NCBI GenBank assembly: GCA_965195285.1
Contig: CBDAFS010000029.1
Coordinates: 1-33,745, forward strand
Source: an uncultured Aminicenantes bacterium
GTDB taxonomy: Bacteria; Acidobacteriota; Aminicenantia; UBA2199
Length of the DNA: 33,745 nucleotides
Reading direction: 5' to 3'
Positions 26,821-33,745 of this stretch are shown piece by piece (positions within the stretch are counted from its first letter, which is position 1; every line of letters starts with the position of its first letter). The notes under the pieces are model-generated. The model ran no database searches, was not told the DNA's origin, and saw only the letters and a program-made list of their open reading frames with translations. The translations under genes were made by a program, and so were the position numbers.

Positions 26821-28038
26821 ATGAATTACAGCCTGATTGGAAAATCCATTCGAGAATCAGCCACCCTGAAATTGAATGCCACCACCGCTGCTCTCCGGGC
26901 CAAGGGAGAGCCGGTCATTCATCTGGGAGGCGGTGAACCCAAAAGCAAGGCACCTCTGGATGCAATTACCAGTGCGGCCGCCTTATTGAGTACCGGAAAG
27001 GTTCGATATACACCCGCCGATGGGATTCCGGCCATGAAACAAGCCATTATTCAATATACCGAAACTTTTTATGGTCAGCGGGTGGCCCCGGAAAATGTGA
27101 TTGCCTCGGGTGGTGCTAAACAGGCCCTGATGATCTGTCTTCAAGCCATATTAAATCCCGGGGATGAGGTTATATTCCCGGTTCCTTACTGGGTTAGCTA
27201 TCCGGAAATGGTGAGGTTGTGCGGAGCGATTCCGGTTCCGGTTTTGCCCGAGACCGGCAGTTTTCACCCTGTTTTAGCGGATATAGAAAAAAGTATTACC
27301 GTCAATACCCGGGCAATGATTATCAATAGCCCCAACAATCCGAGTGGGGTAATGTATTCCGAATTATTCGTGGCGGGCATTGTGGAACTTTGTGAGAAAA
27401 GGAATCTGTTTTTGATTATGGATGATATTTATCACCGCCTGATTTTTGATGGCAAAAAACCCATCAGTTGTTATCAATATGCCAAGGATATGTCAGAAAG
27501 ATCCAAGTTGGTGGTGATCAATGGTGTATCCAAGCAGTATGCCATGACCGGATTTCGTCTGGGCTGGGCCGTGGTCAACAAAAAATTAAGGCAGATCATG
27601 ACCAACATCCAGGCCCACCAGACCTCGGGTCCGTCGGTTATTTCCCAGCATGCGGCAGTGGGAGCGATCAATGGGGATCAATCCGGTGTAGAGAGTTTAA
27701 GGCTAACCCTGGAGAACAACCGGAAAGTAATGCTGGAGCAGCTGAATTCCCTGAACGGGGTAAAGGTGACCAAACCGGACGGTACTTTTTACTGTTTTGC
27801 CGATTTCAATGCCTTTGGAAAAGATTCCGCCAAATTGGCCCTTTTTTTGCTGGAAAAGGTTTTTGTAATCACGGTGCCGGGTGTTGAATTCGGACTGGAT
27901 GGTTTCCTGCGCCTTTCCACCTGCGGTTCGATCAAGGAGATAATCGAAGGTATAGAACGTATCAAATGGGCCCTTGATCCCGATGCGCCCAGTGAATTGT
28001 ATGTTGGAGACCACAAATTGGTGAGGGATTGGAAATGA
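26821..28038 (+). CDS. Class I PLP aminotransferase (aspartate aminotransferase-like)
   Basis: Motifs GGAKQAL, PYWVSYP, NSPNNPSG, DDIY and SKQYAMTGFRLG. SD AAGGAG lies upstream of ATG 26821. Confidence 0.9.
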   Translation: MNYSLIGKSIRESATLKLNATTAALRAKGEPVIHLGGGEPKSKAPLDAITSAAALLSTGKVRYTPADGIPAMKQAIIQYTETFYGQRVAPENVIASGGAKQALMICLQAILNPGDEVIFPVPYWVSYPEMVRLCGAIPVPVLPETGSFHPVLADIEKSITVNTRAMIINSPNNPSGVMYSELFVAGIVELCEKRNLFLIMDDIYHRLIFDGKKPISCYQYAKDMSERSKLVVINGVSKQYAMTGFRLGWAVVNKKLRQIMTNIQAHQTSGPSVISQHAAVGAINGDQSGVESLRLTLENNRKVMLEQLNSLNGVKVTKPDGTFYCFADFNAFGKDSAKLALFLLEKVFVITVPGVEFGLDGFLRLSTCGSIKEIIEGIERIKWALDPDAPSELYVGDHKLVRDWK

Positions 28039-29705
28039 CGGATTATTCAAAATGCGGCTCTCCGACATTCCATCAGGCCGGTGATTTGGCCAGTGATTAT
28101 GGCATTGAAAACCACGGCCTGGTCTATCCAGGACAGGTGTTCTGGAATTTACCCGAAGCTGCTCTGTATGAAGAAGCCATATTCCGGGGTGAGGGACGAA
28201 TCGTGGCCGGTGGTCCCCTGCTGGTGGAAACCGGCAAGTGGACAGCCCGGGCTGCCAATGAAAAGTATTTTGTCCGTGAACCCTCTACCGAGGATAAAAT
28301 TGACTGGGGTGAATATAACCGGCCCATGAGCCCCGGAAAATTCAACGGAATTTTAGCCCGCTTGCAAGCCTTTTTCCAGGATAGGGACATATTTGTTCAG
28401 GATGTGTATGTGGGCGGTGATCCGGATTATCGGTTACCGCTGCGGATTATTACCGATACGGCCTGGCAGAGTTTATTTGCCCGAAATATGTTTCTACCCA
28501 TTTCGGATTCCCGTGAGTTAAAGCGATTTGTACCGGAATTTACCCTTATTGCCTCTCCCAAGTTCAGAGTGGATCCCCGGGTGGATGGAACCTTGAGTGA
28601 AACCGCCATTGCCATTGACTTTTCCAAACGGCTGGCTGTGGTGGCCAATTCAAGCTATGGGGGTGAAGTCAAGAAATCAATTTTTACGGTTTTAAACTAT
28701 CTCATGCCCCTGAAAGAGGTGATGTCCATGCACTGTTCCTCCAATGTGGGTAAAAAAGGCGATGTGGCTCTTTTTTTCGGATTGAGCGGGACCGGAAAGA
28801 CCACTCTTTCGGCTGATCCTGATCGGAAACTGATCGGGGATGATGAACATGGTTGGAGTAATGACGGTGTTTTCAACTACGAAGGGGGCTGTTATGCCAA
28901 GGTAATCCGGTTATCTGAAGAAAATGAGCCGGAAATATATGCCTGTACCCGCATGTTCGGCACTATCCTTGAAAATGTGATTTTTGATCCGGTCTCCCGA
29001 ACCATTGATCTGAATGACGATCATCTCACCGAAAATACCCGGGCCTCGTACCCACTGGAATTTATTCCCAATGCAGTGGACAACAAAATGGTAAAATCAC
29101 ATCCCCAGAATATCATTTTTCTGACAGCCGATGCCCAGGGTGTTCTGCCTCCGATTGCCCGTTTGGACCGAAACCAGGCTATTTACCACTTTATCAGCGG
29201 GTATACCTCCAAAATCGCCGGTACCGAACTGGGCTTGGGAATTGAACCCGAGATTACTTTCAGTGCCTGTTTTGGCGCTCCATTCATGGTTCACCATCCC
29301 TTCTTCTATGCAGATTTGCTCAGGAGCAAAATCGAAAAAGCGGGGACCAAGGTCTGGCTGGTCAATACCGGCTGGGTGGGTGGAAAATTCGGAATCGGGA
29401 AGCGCATCAGCATCCGCTATACCCGAAATATGTTGAATGCGGCCCTGGAGAAAAAACTCGATAAGGTCAAATGCCGCCGGGACAAGCTGTTTGGCTTTGA
29501 TGTGCCCCTGACCTGTCCCGGAGTACCGGATGAGATTTTTTTTCCTGAAAATGCATGGAACGACCAGAAGGAGTACTGGCAGAAGTATGATGCCCTGGCC
29601 TCCCGATATATAGATAATTTCAAAATGTATGCCTCGGGTTGTCCCGCGGAAGTCATATCAGCCGGTCCCAAGAGGTTAAAGGATATCAAGATCGGATCAA
29701 CATAA
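28035..29705 (+). CDS. pckA: Phosphoenolpyruvate carboxykinase (ATP)
   Basis: Motifs YGGEVKK, MHCSSN, GLSGTGKTTLS, LIGDDEHGW, EGGCYAK and ENTRASYP; ATGA overlap with the upstream gene. Confidence 0.97.
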   Translation: MTDYSKCGSPTFHQAGDLASDYGIENHGLVYPGQVFWNLPEAALYEEAIFRGEGRIVAGGPLLVETGKWTARAANEKYFVREPSTEDKIDWGEYNRPMSPGKFNGILARLQAFFQDRDIFVQDVYVGGDPDYRLPLRIITDTAWQSLFARNMFLPISDSRELKRFVPEFTLIASPKFRVDPRVDGTLSETAIAIDFSKRLAVVANSSYGGEVKKSIFTVLNYLMPLKEVMSMHCSSNVGKKGDVALFFGLSGTGKTTLSADPDRKLIGDDEHGWSNDGVFNYEGGCYAKVIRLSEENEPEIYACTRMFGTILENVIFDPVSRTIDLNDDHLTENTRASYPLEFIPNAVDNKMVKSHPQNIIFLTADAQGVLPPIARLDRNQAIYHFISGYTSKIAGTELGLGIEPEITFSACFGAPFMVHHPFFYADLLRSKIEKAGTKVWLVNTGWVGGKFGIGKRISIRYTRNMLNAALEKKLDKVKCRRDKLFGFDVPLTCPGVPDEIFFPENAWNDQKEYWQKYDALASRYIDNFKMYASGCPAEVISAGPKRLKDIKIGST

Positions 29706-29738
29706 TTGAAACCACCGCAGTTTTTTCAAAAAAAATGC

Positions 29739-29806
29739 TTGACAAATATGGGAAAAGGCATATAGTTAAATCTTATAACAAATCAATCTTAGAATTCAAT
29801 AGGAGG
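29739..29806 (+). promoter_or_regulatory. Promoter and RBS of the malic enzyme gene
   Basis: TTGACA (29739), 16 bp spacer, TATAGT (29761); AGGAGG at 29801-29806. Confidence 0.65.
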
Positions 29807-29811
29807 TACCA

Positions 29812-31269
29812 ATGCCAAAAATAGAACTTTCACTGGCAAATCTAAATGAAGTTTTTCCTGAAAATTTTTCTCAAGAGCAGCTGGCAAAAGCAAAAACAGT
29901 TTTCTTGAAGGAACTGGCTTTTCTAACTCACAAGTTTTACGGCGGAAAAATGATTACCGTGCCCAAGGCAGGCATTTACGGATTTAACTGGTTTAATGTC
30001 TGGTATACGCCCGGCGTATCCAAAGTGTCAACTACTATCAGAGATGAAGGTGAGGAACGGTCATTTGAATTATCAAACCGGGGAAATTTGGTGGCGGTTG
30101 TTTCCGATTCAACCCGGGTTCTGGGAGATGGCGATTGTACACCTCCGGGCGGACTGGGTGTGATGGAGGGAAAGGCCTACCTGATGAAATACCTGGGCGG
30201 ATGTGACGGGGTTGCCCTGTGTATGGACAGCTACAATGAAAAAGGTGAACACGATCCCGACAAAATTATAGATTTCGTCAAGATGCTGCAGCCCAGTTTC
30301 GGGGCAATCAACCTGGAAGACATATCCCAGCCCAATTGTTACAAGGTTTTAGATACCCTCAGGGAGGAGTGTGATATCCCGGTCTGGCATGATGATGCCC
30401 AGGGAACCGGGTGTGTTACTCTGGCTGGCTTGATCAATGCCTTGAGAATTGTAAACAAGGAAATAAATAATGTAAGGATGGTTTTTCACGGCGCCGGTGC
30501 TTCTAATACCACCATTGCCCGCCTGATTCTTCAGGCTGGAGGTAATCCCGAAAAGATGATTCTGTTTGATAGCAAGGGAGCGCTTCACCGTGGTCGCGAT
30601 GATATCAAGGCCGATCCCCGATTTTACCGCAAATGGGAACTCTGTGAACAGACCAACCCGGACAGAGTTGGGGATATCAATGCAGCCATGAGTGGTGCTG
30701 ATGTGTTAATTTCACTGAGTAAGCCGGGTCCGGATGTGGTCAAGCCGGAATGGATCCGGGCCATGGGTTCCAAACCCATTGTCTTTGCCTGTGCCAACCC
30801 GGTACCCGAGATATATCCCTATGCCGCCAAAGAGGCGGGTGCATATATTGTGGCCACGGGCAGGGGTGATTTTCCCAACCAGGTGAATAACTCCCTGGGT
30901 TTCCCCGGCATCCTGAAAGGGGCATTAACGGTCAGGGCCCGAAAAGTAACCGACGAAATGGCCATTACCGCGGCTTATTCGGTGGCCAATTTTGCCGAGA
31001 AGAAGGGAATTAAACCCGACTACATCATGCCCACCATGGATGAAACCGAAGTCTTTGCTCATGAGGCGGCTGATGTGGCCATGGAAGCCATTAAGAACGG
31101 AGTGGCCCGGCTGGAAGCCGATTGGCAGACTGTTTATGACCATACCATGAAGGATATCAAGCTGGCCCGGGATACCATGGATGTTTTGATGAAAAATAAC
31201 TTCATCAAACCCCCGGATTATAGCTTACTCGAGCAGGCCCTGCAAATGGCCATCGATGCGGTAACATAA
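29812..31269 (+). CDS. NAD(P)-dependent malic enzyme (short form, no PTA domain)
   Basis: Motifs YTPGV, VMEGK, INLEDI, PVWHDDAQGT, GAGAS, ANPVPEI and TGRGDFPNQVNN. Confidence 0.93.
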   Translation: MPKIELSLANLNEVFPENFSQEQLAKAKTVFLKELAFLTHKFYGGKMITVPKAGIYGFNWFNVWYTPGVSKVSTTIRDEGEERSFELSNRGNLVAVVSDSTRVLGDGDCTPPGGLGVMEGKAYLMKYLGGCDGVALCMDSYNEKGEHDPDKIIDFVKMLQPSFGAINLEDISQPNCYKVLDTLREECDIPVWHDDAQGTGCVTLAGLINALRIVNKEINNVRMVFHGAGASNTTIARLILQAGGNPEKMILFDSKGALHRGRDDIKADPRFYRKWELCEQTNPDRVGDINAAMSGADVLISLSKPGPDVVKPEWIRAMGSKPIVFACANPVPEIYPYAAKEAGAYIVATGRGDFPNQVNNSLGFPGILKGALTVRARKVTDEMAITAAYSVANFAEKKGIKPDYIMPTMDETEVFAHEAADVAMEAIKNGVARLEADWQTVYDHTMKDIKLARDTMDVLMKNNFIKPPDYSLLEQALQMAIDAVT

Positions 31270-31270
31270 G

Positions 31271-31291
31271 AAATTTTCCAACTGGAAATTT
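31271..31291. terminator. Possible weak bidirectional terminator hairpin between convergent genes
   Basis: TTTCCA-AC-TGGAAA core with A/T-rich flanks. Confidence 0.3.
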
Positions 31292-31309
31292 AAATAAAGA
31301 TTTGTGCTT

Positions 31310-32977
31310 TTATCTGAGTGTGCCTTCGTATTGGGCGGTGAGTTGACGTTTCCTCACATCCTCCGGTGTATATGACGGTAACAGTATCGGGGTGATCAAT
31401 TTGGTTTTGATATTGGCTTTCTTCAGTTCATCCTCATGGGTTTGAATATGCTGAAGGGATAGGGCTCCCAGTTTCACCGACTTGGCATAATTGGCTGCAT
31501 ACTTTCCCGAGAGCCGGCCATAGACATTGTAATCCAGTACTGAATTACCCATCAACCGGTTGCGGCCGTGTACCCCGCCGGTGGCTTCTCCGGCCACATA
31601 GAGGCCGGGGATATTGGTTTCGCATTTGGTATTGATTTCAATGCCCCCGTTTTGATAATGCAGTGAGGGAAAGACCAGCATGGGTTCGGTAGTAATATCG
31701 ATACCGTAGCGGATAAACTGGCGGTGCATGGCCGGAAACTGTTTGTTCAGATAACCTTCCCCATGAAGCATTTCGATTAGCGGGGAATCCAGCCAGACGC
31801 CCAGGCGCCCGCTGGGGGTTTCGATTCCGTTTCCCCGTTCTTCACATTCCCTGATAAAGGCGGAACTTTCCACATCCCTTGGTTCCCGGGGGAACACAAA
31901 GATTTCACCGAATTTGTTGAGGGGCTGTCCGCCCGCACCGCGGATGGCTTCGGTAATCAAAAAGCCTCCGATTTGTTCCGGAAAAGCAGCCCCGGTGGGA
32001 TGGTATTGAACCGAATCCATGTAGAGAAGTTTGGCTCCGGCCCGGTAGGCTATGACCAGTCCGTCTCCGGTGGCCCCATAGTGATTGGTGGTATCGAATC
32101 CCCGGATATGAAGACGGCCGTAACCACCGGTGGTAATGATGGTGGCCTTGGCTTTAACCACAAAATATTCCTCGGTTTCGAGGTTGTAAAGGATTCCCCC
32201 GGCGCATTTGCCGGATTTATCCAGTATCAATTCAATGGTGGGCATGAATTCCTGGACATCGATTTTTTCCGGGTGATTCCGGACCTCGTCCATCAGGGTA
32301 CGCATGATGATGGCACCGGTGTAATCCCGGGAGGAGTGCATCCGTTTCCTGGAAGTTCCGCCCCCGTGCCGGACCACCATCGAACCATCTTCATTTTTAT
32401 CCCAGACCATTCCCAGTTCTTCAAGCCATTTGACCACATCGGGTCCGTTTTCGGTCAGGGCCCGTACCAGTTCCGGTTTGTTATCGAAATGTCCGCCGCC
32501 CATAACATCCAGAAAATGGATGGGGGGAGAGTCCAGGGCGGATACAGCCGCCTGCATGCCTCCCTGAGACATCATCGAGTTGGCATCCCCCAGTCGGAGC
32601 TTGGTGGAGATGATTGAATTGGAGCCCTTTTCAGCGGCAATAAGTGCGGCGGCACAGCCGGCCCCTCCTCCACCGATAATCAGTATATCGGTTTCAAGGT
32701 CAGGCTTGGATAAATCAAAAATATCCGGTTTTATCCGGGAACGGGATTCCAGCATCTCGGCCACTTCGGTGGTGAACATATCTCCTTTATTTACACCGAT
32801 TTTTATTTTGCGCTTGGAATCCGGTTTATAATCCGGATGAAATTTGCTCAGGACTTCTTCTCTTTCCTCGGCACTCATGGGCGGAAAGACCGGTTTGTCT
32901 GTCTTGGCCAGCTCAAACCTCTGTTTACGGGTCTGGGCAACTTTTTTCAATGAAGGTCTCATATATTCTGGATACAT
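31310..32977 (-). CDS. Fumarate reductase/succinate dehydrogenase-family flavoprotein (non-canonical)
   Basis: Motifs IGGGGAG, SQGG, TGGYG, TGDG, QYHPTG, TEAIRG, PRDVES, HYQNGG and HGRNRLMGNS. Confidence 0.88.
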   Translation of the reverse strand: MYPEYMRPSLKKVAQTRKQRFELAKTDKPVFPPMSAEEREEVLSKFHPDYKPDSKRKIKIGVNKGDMFTTEVAEMLESRSRIKPDIFDLSKPDLETDILIIGGGGAGCAAALIAAEKGSNSIISTKLRLGDANSMMSQGGMQAAVSALDSPPIHFLDVMGGGHFDNKPELVRALTENGPDVVKWLEELGMVWDKNEDGSMVVRHGGGTSRKRMHSSRDYTGAIIMRTLMDEVRNHPEKIDVQEFMPTIELILDKSGKCAGGILYNLETEEYFVVKAKATIITTGGYGRLHIRGFDTTNHYGATGDGLVIAYRAGAKLLYMDSVQYHPTGAAFPEQIGGFLITEAIRGAGGQPLNKFGEIFVFPREPRDVESSAFIRECEERGNGIETPSGRLGVWLDSPLIEMLHGEGYLNKQFPAMHRQFIRYGIDITTEPMLVFPSLHYQNGGIEINTKCETNIPGLYVAGEATGGVHGRNRLMGNSVLDYNVYGRLSGKYAANYAKSVKLGALSLQHIQTHEDELKKANIKTKLITPILLPSYTPEDVRKRQLTAQYEGTLR

Positions 32978-32992
32978 AGGTCGCTCCTTAAA

Positions 32993-33724
32993 TTATTCCA
33001 CATCTCTCTCATAGTATTTCTTTTTTAATTCGTCTTTGGTCATCTTCATCAATTGCTTGAATTCCCGGTCAAATTTTCGTTCGATGACCTCTTTGATTCG
33101 TTTTTCCAATTGTTCGCTCTTTTTGGATAAATATTTGCCATACAGCCTTTTGGCCAGTATTCCGACATTAAACTGGGTGATTTCCGCCGGGCAACGGATG
33201 GCACACATGCCACAGGAGAGGCAGTCAAAGGAAAGATCCATTACCATTTCGATATCCCCCCTTATGGCTGCCTGAATATAATCCATGACTTCCAGATCCT
33301 GGGGGCAGGCCTTGGTGCAGGTATTGCAGGCCACACACCTGAATATTTCCGGATAGATTTTTTGAAAGGCGGTGACATCGGGCTCCAGCTCATTGATGTC
33401 ATAGGTGGGTTTTTCAGCCGGAATGGCGGGTAGCTGGGCCAACCACATGCCGTCCTGCACCAGGGTGGTACAGGCCAGACCGGTATATATCTTGTAATCG
33501 TGGGGGAGTCGGTAGGCAGTGGCACAAGCTCCGCAAAATCCCTCCCGGCATCCGGCACCTCTTTTTATCTGATAACCGGCATATTCAATGGCTCCCATTA
33601 TGGGGGCATCAGCCGGTACCTTGTAGGCCTTTCCCATGATTAATACCGTTAGCATTTCTTTGGGAGCTGATTTGTCCTTTTTTGGTTTTTCACTTTTTTT
33701 CTTTGCCCCTTTATTTGTTGGCAT
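32993..33724 (-). CDS. SdhB/FrdB-like iron-sulfur protein ([2Fe-2S] plus 2x[4Fe-4S])
   Basis: CREGFCGAC...LAC, CVACNTCTKACP and CLSCGMCAIRCP; SD AAGGAG upstream. Confidence 0.88.
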   Translation of the reverse strand: MPTNKGAKKKSEKPKKDKSAPKEMLTVLIMGKAYKVPADAPIMGAIEYAGYQIKRGAGCREGFCGACATAYRLPHDYKIYTGLACTTLVQDGMWLAQLPAIPAEKPTYDINELEPDVTAFQKIYPEIFRCVACNTCTKACPQDLEVMDYIQAAIRGDIEMVMDLSFDCLSCGMCAIRCPAEITQFNVGILAKRLYGKYLSKKSEQLEKRIKEVIERKFDREFKQLMKMTKDELKKKYYERDVE

Positions 33725-33745
33725 GGTTCATGTCTCCTTTTAATA

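Noticed and set aside
31973-32617. 214-aa plus-strand ORF and the many other short overlapping ORFs (e.g. 505..975, 13404..13940, 8018..8413)
   Set aside because: Antisense or alternate-frame shadows of well-supported genes, with no recognisable motifs.
1-33745. Genome-wide TGA reassignment (code 4 or 25)
   Set aside because: TGA ends full-length conserved genes (symporter, M48 peptidase, hisC, aminotransferase), and other genes show no internal TGA.
1-33745. CRISPR array, prophage, IS element or defence operon
   Set aside because: No regularly spaced repeats and no recognisable cas, phage, transposase or restriction genes; TatD is a housekeeping nuclease.

Overview
Bacterial chromosomal window (standard code 11) with about 26 genes, mostly housekeeping, envelope and metabolic. 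The gene style suggests a diderm anaerobe, possibly Aminicenantia/Acidobacteriota-like; this is inference only. Left to right: a GT2 glycosyltransferase convergent with a multi-TM GT-C-like protein; a YtrA/GntR-ABC operon whose permease is in frame, through one TGA, with a large extracytoplasmic domain ending in a GspG-like motif; tatD; an Ala/Gly:cation symporter; an M48 peptidase; S2P-scpA-scpB-hisC; a CBM9/DUF5916-type outer membrane protein; a FecR/DUF6600-type gene with a canonical sigma54 site; a second ABC pair; an AT-rich ~4.8 kb block (ParB/Srx-like orphan, GT4-hydrolase-like fusion, GH130); GNAT and lhgO; aspartate aminotransferase, pckA and malic enzyme; and an SdhA/FrdA-like flavoprotein with an FeS partner whose operon probably continues past the right edge. 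I saw no rRNA, tRNA, CRISPR array, integrase or transposase. Family calls come from motif recognition by eye, not database searches.
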